Under the pieces are notes generated by a model, which saw only the letters and a list, made by a program, of their open reading frames with translations, searched no databases and had not been told where the DNA came from. Made by a program: the position numbers and the translations under genes. From Octopus bimaculoides (Eukaryota), in NCBI RefSeq assembly GCF_001194135.2, contig NC_068995.1, forward strand, positions 52,742,264-52,783,272: a stretch of 41,009 nucleotides of DNA, read 5' to 3'. Of the stretch, positions 1-12,570 are shown piece by piece (within the stretch, counting starts at the first letter, position 1; every line of letters starts with the position of its first letter).

Positions 1-41
<41 letters not shown>

Positions 42-48
42 CATACGT
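1..48. repeat. (TA)n microsatellite at the window edge
   Basis: Direct reading: pure AT dinucleotide run grading into ACAT. Confidence 0.95.
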
Positions 49-176
49 ATATGTTGGACAGCTGATATTTACAAGTTTTTTTTTTCCATTCTCTATCTTT
101 TTATTTCCTCTTATTCCTTTCTGTTGAAGTAAAACGTAAAAGACTCTTTCATTTTCCATATATATACATACTTACA

Positions 177-389
177 TAAGTAGTTGTAGAAAAGTTCCTG
201 GCTTTAAGGGGATAGCAAAAGGCCTGGTTGGAGGCCCAATATTCCAAGTTCTTTCAAAGGGTAAACCTGAAGGACTGCTGCAATAAGTGTGTGAATCTGA
301 GAGGGGAATATTTTGTATAAAATCATAGTTAACTAATCCCCCCAGTATTTTCTTTTACCCAAAACCAGGAACTGTACAGTAACCCCTCA
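177..389 (+). mobile_element. Mariner-derived MITE (internally deleted)
   Basis: Imperfect terminal inverted repeats: left GAAAAGTTCCTGGCTTT, right AAAACCAGGAACTGTACAGTAACCCCTC. 279-320 translates to CNKCVNLRGEYFV*, matching the mariner transposase C-terminal motif (W.KCV...GEYVE*). Confidence 0.7.
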
Positions 390-989
390 TGTGTGTGTAT
401 CTGTGGTATATGTACCTACGCATGTACATATATGCCCATATCTTTCTTTTCTGCTTCACATAATATCTAATATCATTTTAAATTGATACAGATGTGGCAT
501 TAAATAATGTGATTGCATTTTACATGACATTATTAAATTCCTTTTCTCATTCAATCGCATTTCACACCAGTGCAAATCCATCGCACATACAGACACATAG
601 ACAGCGACACACACAAACACATGTATTGTTTGGTAAAAAAGAACAATATTAGTGACTATTCTATAGCAGAAATTCTCAACATATCAACAAATGATTATGT
701 AAGGACATTTGCCCCAACAGCGAACTATGGAATGCCATCAATACCATTTCCTGGATGAATAAATGACCATTATATATCCTTGACACATCAGTGCCTGCAC
801 CTTTGTGTGATAACATCTAAACATTGCATGGAATGTGAATGGTGGCTTAATATACATGCAGCAATGGTTATTGGCTAATGAGATCCCCACTTCCATCCGT
901 AATTATTTAGAAATTATTCCTTTCAGTGAATAAGTAAAATAAACACTGCAAATTTAAAAATAAGAATGAATGGTCACAACTTCCATTAA

Positions 990-2420
990 ATATTGCTTAT
1001 AGTTACATACGAGAGATATTGAACATGACATAAAGCCACAGATAGCAAAGGCATTTGTGTTGCATTATCAGAGAGTGGTCAAAGCAGGCTTAAGGAAAGG
1101 TGACCTGTGGTCAGGTAACATAAGAATGGATTTATAAGTCTTAATGAGATTAGAAATTCACACAGCCATACCAGAACTGTGCCCAGTTGAAGGCACCAAG
1201 ACAAAGGATATAAGATTAAGGATTTATTATTATTATTATGGCTGGGTTTCAACTGGGGCTGCAGCAACAGAGTCCACCCACCACACTTCTCAGCCCATCA
1301 TTACTGCATCGAGGTCCTGGGTACATTCTAGGCCAGTGTCTGTAATAAAGTTGTCAATGTCTGATGACATTTTCCTCGTCTTACATCAGCATGACCAGAA
1401 GTGGGGTCTTTTTAATAATACTGGACCTTGCTATATTTGTCAGAGTAAAACACACCTTAGGTATGAATGCCCAGAAGAACTAATGCAATTAAGCAAAACA
1501 ACAAACAGAAAAATAAAGAAAAGGAAATTCAAAGTAATGAAGAACCAGTGTAACAAGAAAAGATCAACAAACCCCAGTTCCCTAAGCAGCACAAGGAAAA
1601 ACTCTGAGACTGGCAAATGAAGTATATTTAGGCTCAGTATCAGAAATAGGTGAGTGACATGTCATGTCCAAACAATAGCAACCTGTAATACAACACATCT
1701 ATCATGCAATGAAGAAGAAATTATAATTATAGATGAAAGTTCCCAAAAGATCGATGAAATATGAAAGGAGACAAAATGAGAAGAAACATCACAGAGGAAG
1801 AAGCCTCATCCTAAAAAGAAAACAATGAAAGGCGAACAACTTTTCCCAAATGACTATGAAACACCTCTTCAGAAAATCAAAAAGGAAAGGAAGAGAATAA
1901 AGATGAATTAAGGTTCCTCATTCTTTGAAAATCAAACAGACAGTTAATGGGAAAACTATATCTATAGTACAATGGACTTTTTTTAACTTTTAGAATGACA
2001 CAAAAACAGATTCAGAATATAAACAACATGCAAATTACTAGTAAAAGTAAAATTCTGACATTACACCAAGCTAAGAGAGAATACCATTGATACATTGTTT
2101 GTCAATATTCAGTGTCATAAAAATGCATAGTGGTGCATTTGGTTGCACTTCAAAACAATTTGAGAAACGGTTAGGGGAACAGGTCATGGAGTATCCTAAC
2201 TCTAATTAACCAGTAATCAAATTCCAATGGAACTAATAGTGATACAGTAAAGTCTGTGACTTTGGGTAGGTTTGTATGCTTGAGGAGAAGAGAAATGAAA
2301 TTTGATATTTCATGGTAGTCCTATTGTCTGGGAGAGAAAACTATTACTTTCTGAATTCATAGCTAATGGATTATCTGGTAAATGCAACATTTAACATCTC
2401 TTCAAACAAAAGAAACCTAA
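990..2420 (+). mobile_element. Decayed Tx1/L1-like non-LTR retrotransposon, 5' part (ORF1 with zinc knuckle, possible APE remnant)
   Basis: A frame from about 1003 reads LHTRDIEHDIKPQIAKAFVLHYQRVVKAG...GNIRMDL*VLMRLEIHTAIPELCPVEG (ORF1-like). Exact CX2CX4HX4C knuckle CYICQSKTHLRYEC at 1429-1470, then a Lys-rich tail. Weak endonuclease-like words downstream (IDTLFV, GTGHGVS, LGRFVCL). Confidence 0.55.
1222..1410 (-). mobile_element. RTE-clade LINE 3' fragment with (TAA)n tail, nested antisense in the ORF1 remnant
   Basis: Minus strand translates to DIDNFITDTGLECTQDLDAVMMG*EVW (RTE C-terminal pattern ..D.L..DTGL...DL...M.DR..W) and ends in ATAATAATAATAAT. Confidence 0.55.
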
Positions 2421-2677
2421 AAGACGCAAACTACCTACTTTGGCTCCTAAAATATGAGCGTGTGTCTGGGTCTTTCCTAAAGAACTCCAGCTCATTTACT
2501 ATTATATCCTATTCTTATTTCATTTAACAATCAGCAGTGAACAATTAAGACAATTATAAACAATCACTTAAGTCACAGAAATGAGCAGTAAAGATCATGA
2601 TGCCAGCCAGCCAGCCAGCCAGCCAGCCAACCATTTTATTATTATTATCTTCATCATCATCATCATTATTATTATCC

Positions 2678-2859
2678 AGGCTGTGAGTTGGCAGAACCAT
2701 TAGCATGTCAGACAAAATACTGCTAAGCATTTTGTCTGCCTTTATGTGAGTTCAAATTCTACCAAGGCCAACTTTGCTGTTCGTCCTTTCAGGGTTGAGA
2801 AATTAAGTACCAGTTGTGTACCAGGGTCGATGTAATTGACTTAACCCCTTCCCCCAAAT
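2678..2859 (+). mobile_element. tRNA-derived SINE family A
   Basis: Head TGGCAGAACC, B-box-like GAGTTCAAATT, core (c)CAACTTTGC..TCCTTTCAGGGTTGAGAAATTAAGTACCAGTTG. Similar copies at 3209, 25868, 32344, 32655 and 39078. Confidence 0.85.
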
Positions 2860-3208
2860 ACCACCAAGCATTTAACTCTGTGTGCTAATGTTTCTGCCAG
2901 CTTGCCATCTTGAAGAACAAAAATATTGGCGCTAACATAAGTAAATTACTAATATTTCTTGAGCATCTGAAATTTAGAAAGTTCTGTATTAATTTAAGAA
3001 CCTGACAAGAGAACATCCACCAGCTTGATTATATAACTAAATTTACATTCCCACAAACCCTCTCCTGTTATTATAATTCCATTCAGATTCAGGGTTTATC
3101 AAAGGAGTATAAATCAATCCCTTTATTTATATTCCTGTAATATTTCATTGCCAGATGTTCCGTGGAGAGGGTCAGGATCTTAAGACAAAGTCCCAATTGG
3201 TTCTTCGT

Positions 3209-3422
3209 TTTATTCTTTTCTACTCTAGGCACAAGGCCTGAAATCTTTTGGGGGAGGGGGGGGGGCAGTTGATTAGTATGCAACTGGTACTTAATTTATT
3301 GACTCTGAAAGGATGAAAGGCAAAGTTGACCTCAGCGGAATTTGAACTCAGAACGTTGTAGCAGATGAAATACCAATAAGCTTTTCGCCCAGTGTGCTAA
3401 CGGTTCCGCCAGCTCGCCGCCT
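3209..3422 (-). mobile_element. tRNA-derived SINE family A, near full length
   Basis: GGCACAAGGCCTGAAAT...CAACTGGTACTTAATTTATTGAC...GGAATTTGAACTC...GCCAGCTCGCCGCCT. A second partial copy follows at 3430-3530. Confidence 0.88.
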
Positions 3423-5562
3423 TTGTTCCTTTTATTGACTTGGGAAGGATGGAAGGCAAAGTTGATCTTGCCAGGATTTGAATTCGGAAAGTAAAAAAGC
3501 AGAAACCAAATACAGAAAGGCATTTTGATTAACTTTCTAACAGTTCTGTTGAATTGAATTATTTCGCTCTGAAACAATTGTTGTCAACAAGCATTCATTA
3601 TTGATCCTAGGAAGTGAATTTAATACAAAATGCACGCGTCTTAGGCAAATATCAGTTAGTTACGAAACAATGAAAATATATACATCTTGAATCAAGATAT
3701 AAATTCACCTGTATTGTTAACAGTGTTATTTATGACCGTGTAACACCAGCAGCTCTCCTGTATTTAATATTTCAATAAAAATTCTGAATGAACAAAATTT
3801 TAACCAGCTACCCTTCAATACATAACTGTTGCCCTCACAATTGACTCTAATTACAACAACACCCACAACAAAAATAACGAAATTTCATAAAAACAGTCTC
3901 TGCTTCAATCAAATAAAACAAACCTCTTTTACAAAAAGAAGTAACAAGTGCAAATAACTTTCTAATAATCTTCTGGATGGAATCGGTGAAGCTCCATTAC
4001 TTATGAAAGACTTTGTGACCACAATTGATAAGAAACAAATAAAGGTGATGTTGACAATGGTTTTGAAACATAGAAATCGAATATTTGCAATATAAAGAAG
4101 CAAACTTTTAGCAAATAAATTCTTGTGTGTAGACACAATTGATGTTGAAATCATGGTGTAGAAATATGAGAGTTAACGCACCAGCTAAGAACAACTTGAC
4201 ATGCTCATAAATACATCTTCATCATCATCATCATTCTCCAATTCCTCCTCCCCCTCTTTTGCCTTCATCTTCTCAAGCTCACTTAAAGTGCCTGCTTCCT
4301 TTCTGTATTATATATATATATATTTTTTCAATTAAAAATATTCTGCATCAATATTGCACATACACATATACCTGTACAGGTGTATATACACCTGAGTTAT
4401 TGTGCATGCATATTTATGAATATTTGTCTGCATGAACATTTAAATAAGGACATACAATTTCTGGACATGTTCCTTCTAGTACAGGCTTATACACGAGCAG
4501 GATTATGTTTACAATCTCTGCTGTAACTACTGTCTAAATACTTCATTCATTCAAAATTATGAATACTCTATCGTGGTCTTTGTACTAAACAGCTTTTCTA
4601 GATGTGGTTGACCTTTGTCTCCAGTTAGTTCTTTGTACTTAGTCTCTTTAATTATTAGCTGCCGTTTCCCTCTTATCATAGAATTCTGACCCTCTTACAC
4701 CAATCTTAAACCTCTCTCTTTCTCAGCCTCTTCAATATTTAATCCTTTCCTTATTGCCTTTCATACAGTGCCACTTTCTCTTTCTTCGGAACTTTCTGAT
4801 AAATGAAAAGACCCAAAATGCTGGGTTCAGTGATGAGAATGGGTTTTAGGAACTTAAGAACTGGAAGCACCCTACAGTTCAAGAGACTGAGGTTAGGAAA
4901 GAGAGGACCAAATACTATAAGGTGTTCCCTATTTCATGAGCTTAAAAGTAGACGAAGGATCACTATTCTTTTGAGTACCCCGCACCACCATTTCCATCAA
5001 TGGTTGAATTCCATATTCCCTGTAGCAACTGCACTTAGCAGACTTTGCTAATAATGTGAAGAGAAGAGAAAGAAAGAAATAATTCTAGAAATCAATAAGA
5101 AATAGTAACATCCTTAACATGAAGAGAAAAATCTTGGAAATCTAGAGATTATTATATTTGAAGGATTCTCAGCAGTTTAGGCTTCAACAAAGACAAGGGT
5201 GCACAGAAACAAAGACAAACACACACATGAACTAAATATAAGTGGTTAGAATCCAGCAATCTCTGAGAATGCTCCAGTGTAAACCATTAATCCTCAAACA
5301 TATCTTGAATGCAATGGATGATAAATTTCAAAGTTAAGTAAGAGAAACAAAATAGAAATTATTGGCTTCAAATTTTGGCACAAGGCCCCCAAAATAAGTG
5401 GGTTTCTTACACACGTTAAAATATGGTTATTCTAGTTTTGCTAGGTCATATTCAGAGGAAACACACTCATTTTCTGTCCACAGAGACATTGTTTGCATAG
5501 AGCTAATTATAGTGTATACAAACATGGAAAGAGCTAAACTAGGCTGTCTAATTTGCATAATA

Positions 5563-5565
<3 letters not shown>

Positions 5566-5604
<39 letters not shown>
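5566..5604. repeat. (TG)n microsatellite
   Basis: Direct reading. Confidence 0.95.
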
Positions 5605-5891
5605 ATGCTAACAATGTGGAATGCCTAATTAATCTTATGTAATACACAAAGCAAGATTTTTTTGTGTTTTAATAATTTTTCATATAATGCAAGATGTGCA
5701 TTTTTACAATGTGCAACAAAAATGTATTTGTATCCCTTGAAGTTCCACTCCAGTATAACCTAACACACATATTGCATAACTCTTCACACAAAATCATTTA
5801 CGAGCAATTGTGTTAGAAACAGAGTGGCACAGAAACAATTGTAACTAATAATAATGTTATGTTATATTCATTGTTCATCTTACTTGTATTA

Positions 5892-5896
<5 letters not shown>

Positions 5897-5971
<75 letters not shown>

Positions 5972-6182
5972 TTACACACATATGCACAGTGTGTATATAT
6001 ATACATATTTATAGAGTATATTCACAGTATGTGTGTATGTAAGTGGAATTGGAAGCTAGGTTGGAGATTATAGTTTCAACACATTTCTTTCAAATGCATT
6101 TATTGTGCTATAAGCATGCACATGCATCCACATGTGCACACACACTATCATATGTGCATATGTGTATATATATATACATATA

Positions 6183-6231
<49 letters not shown>

Positions 6232-6322
6232 CACACACAAATATTATACATATACACATACATATTCACACAAATATATATGCTTATATATATGTATATA
6301 TATATATATGTATATATATATA
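5897..6322. repeat. Compound (CT)n/(TA)n/(CA)n microsatellite field
   Basis: Direct reading; source of the spurious YIYI ORFs. Confidence 0.9.
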
Positions 6323-6462
6323 AGACTTAGTGTTCATTAGCCAAAACCTAAACATGGAACAATGCATGTTTATATCTCTGGTGAAGAGAAAAATGGGAAA
6401 ATGCAAGGAAAGTAAGTACTTATATTTGTGAGAATATAAATGTGAGAATTGGATATATTTAA

Positions 6463-6496
<34 letters not shown>

Positions 6497-6837
6497 AGTG
6501 CAGAAATTCATAAATAGCTTCAGGGTTCAAAAGTAGAAAGCAAAAGACAAAATGATAATAATAATAATAATAATAATAATAATGTTTCTTAAAATATCAG
6601 AATATTAAGTTCAATCATGGAGATAAAATAACTGACTTAAAAATAAAACATAGACAGAAGCATATACACAAGACTATTATCTGTATATGATCTTACAACT
6701 TGCTGTAATAAAATGTATATATCTACGTGTGTGTGTGTGTGTATACACTAGTATTCGATTTCTTAATTATAAAACAAAGCTCGGAGGCATAAAGGAAAGG
6801 GAAGTATGTATTCCAAATTATAATATCAATAGGATAG

Positions 6838-6888
6838 CTTACATACATACATATATATATATATTTATATATATATATGTGTGTGTGT

Positions 6889-6936
<48 letters not shown>

Positions 6937-7175
6937 GTGTGTGTGTATATATATATATATATGTATGTATGTAAGTATATGTATATATAAATGCACATCT
7001 ATATATGCATATGTATAAATATATATATATATATATTATATATATACATATATATATGTGTACATATATTTATATACATACATACATATGTATACAGATA
7101 TATAGATATATATATTAAATCATGTGTATATATATCTGTGTATGCATTGTGCATGTATGTATCTATATGTGTACA

Positions 7176-7228
<53 letters not shown>
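6838..7228. repeat. Compound (TA)n/(TG)n/(CA)n microsatellite field
   Basis: Direct reading. Confidence 0.9.
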
Positions 7229-7229
<1 letters not shown>

Positions 7230-7890
7230 ATGTCTTATTGTGTTATGAAAATAACGAATCTTCCAAGAGTTGCCATGTTCTCCTCACTTTAGAATATGCA
7301 TGAGTGTCTTGAAACAGGAAATTTTATGGACAAATTCTGTTCTAGAGAAGTGTTGTTTCCTTTATATTATCCCTATCCATATGGAGATAGTTGCAATCAC
7401 TGCTATGTGTTTGTTTACTTCCCCTCAAAGCATTGACAGTTTGAATTAATAAATTCTTCATCTTTTTTGTCCTACTCGATGCTACTGACCACTGAGTTAC
7501 TTCTTTAGTTCTTCTGTCAAATGTAATGGCCATGGGATTGCACCACCTAGATGGTTACCCTTCAAGGCACAGGATTGGGGAGTGAGAGCTAGGTATAGTG
7601 TGTGAAGGAGGAAGTGTGAGGAAGAGAAGAGATGCGGAGATGTAGATTGGTTTGTTGGGGTAGGGTGAGTGATATATATATATATTTATTTATTTATTTA
7701 TTAATAATAAGGATGAATAAGACCTCGATATTATGTAAATAGAGGAATTTATCTATAAATATAATACAGGACAATCAGTTAGTTGTACATGTGTGCATAT
7801 GCAGACTCTATTAATGAAGTTTTACTCTCCACGCCTATTGGAGTAACTTCCCTTTATTCAACAGTTGTTTTTATAGAATTTTTATCTTAA

Positions 7891-7930
7891 CTGATGAGAT
7901 GCCGGAGTAGGCTTTAGCCCCGACATCCGA
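7891..7930 (+). ncRNA. Candidate hammerhead ribozyme 5' half, truncated by an N-gap
   Basis: CTGATGA (7891-7897), then stem GATGCCGG/CCGACATC (7 of 8 pairs) enclosing GGC-TTTA-GCC, then C-GA immediately before the gap at 7931-7940. Confidence 0.4.
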
Positions 7931-7940
7931 NNNNNNNNNN

Positions 7941-8170
7941 ACATAAAAGACACCATTTCGAGCGTGGCCGTTTTCGTGCAGGTGACACGTAAAAGCACCC
8001 ACTACACTCTCTGAGTGGTTGGCGTTAGGAAGGGCATCCAGCTGTAGAAACTCTGCCAAATCAGACTGGAGCCTGGTGTTGCCATCCGGTTTCACCAGTC
8101 CTCAGTCAAATCGTCCAACCCATGCTAGCATGGAAAGCGGACGTTAAACGATGATGATGATGATGATGAT
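7941..8170 (+). mobile_element. SINE family C with RTE-like tail and (ATG)n end; young copy
   Basis: GGCGTTAGGAAGGGCATCCAGCTGTAGAAAC core; tail CCAACCCATGCTAGCATGGAAAGCGGACGTTAAACGATGATGATG. Other copies at 16555, 17191, 22879, 23233 and 12050. Confidence 0.9.
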
Positions 8171-8174
8171 ACAA

Positions 8175-9860
8175 CTGGAATAATAGCTCTGAAGTATCAA
8201 AATATTACAAGAATGGATGCTATGAATTGTAGTTGTGAAAATATTAGAATAATGGAAGGCATAAGTGGTGGTTATGAAATGTAGAAATGAAAACAAGTTA
8301 GTGTAGAAATGAAAACACTACAGAAATGGAAATAAGGAAGAATTGTGATCAAGATATAAGAATGGAATGTAAGAGAATAGTTATGGAAACACAAAAGACT
8401 AGAATGAAGGAAGTGTGATTATAAAGATATTACAAGAATAGTAACAAGGAAGTGCTGTTGTGAAGACAAGAATAGAGACAGAAGAAGAAGTAAGAGCGGT
8501 TATTAAAATGCTACAAGAATGGAAAGGCTGAAGAATGGTTATGGAGATACAGCAAGAATGGAAATAAGAAATAGTGGATATGAAGTTAATATGAGAATGA
8601 AAACAAGGATGTGTAATTATAGAGATAGTACAAGAATGAATAGTCTTTAAGAGTGGTTATGAAAACTCTACATGAAAGACAAAAAAAAATTAAAGAACTG
8701 TAGTTATGGAGAAGTATAATACTACAATATTGGAAGGAAAAGGAAGAATGTTTATGAAGATATTGCAAGAATGGAAAGAAGGAAAAAGTGGTTATGAAAA
8801 TTCTTTAAGAATAGAAAGGTTGAAGAATGGTTATGAAGATATTACAAGACTAACAGCAACAAGGAAAGTTTGGTTAGCAAAATATTACAACAATGGAAAT
8901 CAGGAGGCATGGTCATGAAGATATTACAAGAGTGGAAAGAAGGAAGTGTTGGTTATGAAGATCCTTCAAGAATAATAGCAACAAAGAAGTGAAGTTACCA
9001 AAATACAAGAACAACAGAAAACAGGAAGTGTGGTTATGAAGAATGCAGGAATGGAAAAAGAAAGTGAAGTTATTATGAAGATAATTGCAGAATGGAAAGA
9101 GAAGGAAGCGTAGTTATTAAAATACAGCAAAGTGGACTGAAGGAAGTTTTGGTTGGTTATGAAGAAAGGACAGGAATGGAACAAGGAAGAATGTTCATAA
9201 GGCATAGAAGAATATCAGAAGCAGATGAAAATCATCCAGGAGTGGTGGTGGAATTGTTAGCAATGTTCATAAAGTCTTGAAAAGTCTAGAAGCCATTGAA
9301 GCCAATAAAATCTGGTTATGAAGATATTGGAAGAATTAAAACAGGTAAGTTGCTTAGAAGAATAGAAACACAGGAACTGAGATAAGAACTGAGTTAAGAC
9401 ACTAAAAGAGTGGAACCAAAAAAAATGGTTTTGGAGGCGTGACAAGAATGGCAACAGATAAGAGTGGTTATAAAGATATTACAAGAATGGAAATAGAGTA
9501 ATGCATTATGATGCTACTAGAAGAATAGAAACAAAGAATAATGGTAATGATATAATATTACAAGAAGGGAAACAAGGAAATTGGTTATGAAATTGCTATA
9601 AAAATGGAGGCTATTAATTTTGGTCATCGAAACACTACAAGAATTGGAATTGCTAGTTCTGGGTATGAAGATACTAAGAGAATAGAAACCATTAAATACA
9701 GTTATGAAATGTGGTTATGGAATTGGCACAAGAATGGGAACCATTAAATCTGGTGATGGAAATACTGCAAAAATTGTAGGCATTAAACCTGGGTAGGAAA
9801 ACATTACAAGAGTTGTAGGTATTAAGGAAATGAACGAGAAGAAAAAAAGACAAATGAAAA
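8175..9860 (+). repeat. Degenerate purine-rich tandem satellite, unit about 40 bp
   Basis: Recurring GGTTATGAAGATATTACAAGAATGGAAA..AGGAAGT variants throughout the 1.7 kb. Confidence 0.85.
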
Positions 9861-11609
9861 GTACAAATTTTAACCATTTTTAATGCTTAAAGGAAAGGAA
9901 AAAGTTTTGACGTTTAGGACGGTAGTCCTTCATCATAAAAAAATAAAAGAATGAAAAAAGTGGTGGAGAAAAATACAAAGAATGAGAAATATGAATAAGA
10001 AGGTTAGGGGCTTGATGGGAATGTGGGAATATGGAGGTGGAGGGGCAGAGGCTAAGAAGGGAGGAGTAGGCAAGGTGATGTGTACATGCATAGAGATGAG
10101 CAGAGGGAAAGGAGAGTGTGTATGGTGGTATGAGGTATGTGGAGATGTACAAGTGTGAGAATGTAGTGGCTTGGGATAATGGTAGTGTGGGAGGACTGTG
10201 TGTAGGTTTAAATATATTGTATATGAGAGGAAGACATAGGGGAGGAGGATGTAGCAGGCATAACGGGAGAGTGAAAGGAGAGATAAGAGGAATATATGCT
10301 TAGAAAGAAAATATTGTTGGGAAAAAAACTATAAACTGGTACTAGGTCTGGTTATGGAAATATTTCAAAAATGGTAAGTATTACACCTTGTTATGAAAAC
10401 ACAAGAACAGTAGGTGTTACTGTATTTGATGACTTGGGCATAAAAGATGCACCCTTATTTCAGCAGAACATAATCAAGAAAAAAAAAAGCTTTTAAAGCA
10501 TTAAAGCTTAACAGAAGCCCAACTTCGTATATAAGACACAGGGTGATATAGAAAAGGTAACAAATGTGTGTCTCATATACTATATATATATATATATATA
10601 GTATAAATAATGTATATATGTATGTGTGTATATATNNNNNNNNNNATATATATATATATATATGCATATATACACACATATGTACATACTTACATCTATA
10701 TATATATATATATATATGCATATGTGGGCACAGGACATCATGAAATGTGTACAACAAAGTACGAGTACATGGAATATGAACTATTTTTTAGAACAATGAC
10801 AGACACAAATGGAAAACAAGACAAACAACCATAAAGAACGACCCTTCATCAGCTGTTGGCTGTTTTTCTACTCTTGTATTTCATGTATGTGCAGGAGTAT
10901 ATTATTGATTATGGCATGTAACTGGTCAGAATGCTACCATCAATTTCACACTGACTACAATACTTGGTAATATGAACAGCCCTTCAGATATGGTGACTGG
11001 TAGCACTTCTGGGCCCCCAGTAATATTCTGTTCATAACCAGTAATACACTGGTGACACAAAATAAAAGGAACTTTATTTGTCATATTCAACATGCTTCTG
11101 TCTGCACTATGGACAAAAATCTGATAATATATTTACTGTGTATATTAATATATATTTATAAATATAGAGTAGCAAATTCTTACATCCATTCACAAATATG
11201 TGTCCGTGTGTGTATATGTGTGTTTGTGTATATTTTGTGTGTGTGTGTGTGTGAGTGTTAGAATAGTGTAGTTTGAATAAAGTTGGAAATAAAGGAAATA
11301 AAGAAGATGAAACAACAGTTTATGCTTTATCTTATATTTCAATATTTCGGGGTTAAGACCCCTGAGTCAAGAGAAAATAGAGAATGCTGATGACTTGGTA
11401 TCTTTTGTTCAGATGCGCGGGAGGGCAGATGCTACATGTACCGACTTGGTATTGTTATAACAGCCAATCTGCTTTATGCAGTTCACATCTATTTCTTAAT
11501 AAATGGGTTTTAGCAGAAGATGTAGTTAGTGTTACCTATGGAAAAACACATACATACACACATCCACTTATGCAATTATAATAATCCAATAAAGAGCAGA
11601 TTATATGAT

Positions 11610-12010
11610 GTTTATGAATGAATTGCACTTGTGAATAGTGTAGCTCATAAATAATTGGTATTGAAGATAGAAAATATATGGAGACTGGACAGAAATGAGG
11701 CAGACATGCTCTACTGAATGTGCATTGGTGTGAAAGAGTGATAAAGCATGAATGAGCTGATGAGAAAAATTGGGGTTATGAGGAATTGGTTGTGGTGTGC
11801 TGGAGAGAAGACTGCCCTGGTATGGGTGGGTATGTGATGGAGTTTGAAGGATTGGGAGATGGCTAAAAGAATTGCAAAAGGATATGAGTGGGAGGAAACT
11901 GCAAAAGAAAGAAAGAAAAAAAAAACTAAGGCATGGGTAGAAATGGTACAAGATGATTTCCTGGCGCTGCATCTCAGGAAAAAGATAACTAGAGATGCTA
12001 CACATAGAAT
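11610..12010 (+). mobile_element. RTE LINE 3'-end remnant (C-terminal domain)
   Basis: Fragments with stops and frameshifts read IENIWRLDRNEADML, EKLGL*GIGCGVLERRLPWYG and KTKAWVEMVQDDFLALHLRKKITRD, matching the RTE C-terminal motifs (RRLRWYGHV; RP.KTW...V.DDL..L). Confidence 0.7.
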
Positions 12011-12049
12011 GATACCACTATATATATATATATATATATATATGTATCA

Positions 12050-12135
12050 TTATTTAACGTCCATTTTCCATGTTGGTTTGGGTTGGACAGTTTGGCAGGA
12101 ACTGACCAGCTGACGGGCTCTCAGGCTCCATGATG
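12050..12135 (-). mobile_element. SINE family C 3' fragment
   Basis: TTTAACGTCCATTTTCCATGTTGG...GGGTTGGAC is the reverse complement of the family C tail. Confidence 0.7.
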
Positions 12136-12194
12136 CCCTTAACATCAATCATTTTATAGAGCGTATGTGTGTGTGTGTGTGTATATATATATAT

Positions 12195-12570
12195 AGTAAC
12201 ATACTGCGGTACTCCATCGGTTACGACAATGAGGGTTCCAGTTGATCTGATCAACGGAACAGCCTGCTCGTAAAATTAATGTGCAAGTGGCTGAGTACTC
12301 CACAGACACGTGTACCCTTAACGTAGTTCTTGGGAAGATTCAGTGTAACACAGAGTGTGACAAGGCTGGCCCTTTGAAGTACAGGTATAACAGAAACGGG
12401 AAGAAAGAGTGAGAGAAAGTTATGGTGAAAGAATACAGCAGGGTTCACCACCATGGTGTTTTTAGGTGTTTTTGCTCAATAAACACATAAAACGCCCGGT
12501 CGGGGAATCGAAACCACAACCCTATAACTGCAAGTCCGCTGCCCTAACCACTTAGCCATTGCACCTTCAC
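12195..12570 (-). mobile_element. tRNA-derived SINE family E, full length
   Basis: Minus-strand head has A box TGGCTAAGTGG and B box GGTTTCGATTCC, followed by a body of about 260 bp of high-complexity sequence. Confidence 0.8.

Noticed and set aside
3909-4154. 81-aa hydrophobic ORF on the minus strand
   Set aside because: No motif and no convincing splice context; hydrophobicity is expected from T-rich DNA.
4560-5060. Possible LINE RT remnant (LADFANNV resembling FADD)
   Set aside because: Single weak motif with no collinear support.
8175-9860. CRISPR-like array or repetitive protein
   Set aside because: Eukaryotic context, no constant repeat with unique spacers, and frequent stops in all frames.
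10790-10860. CTGATGAAGGG on the minus strand as a further hammerhead
   Set aside because: No stem II partner followed by GAAA is visible downstream.
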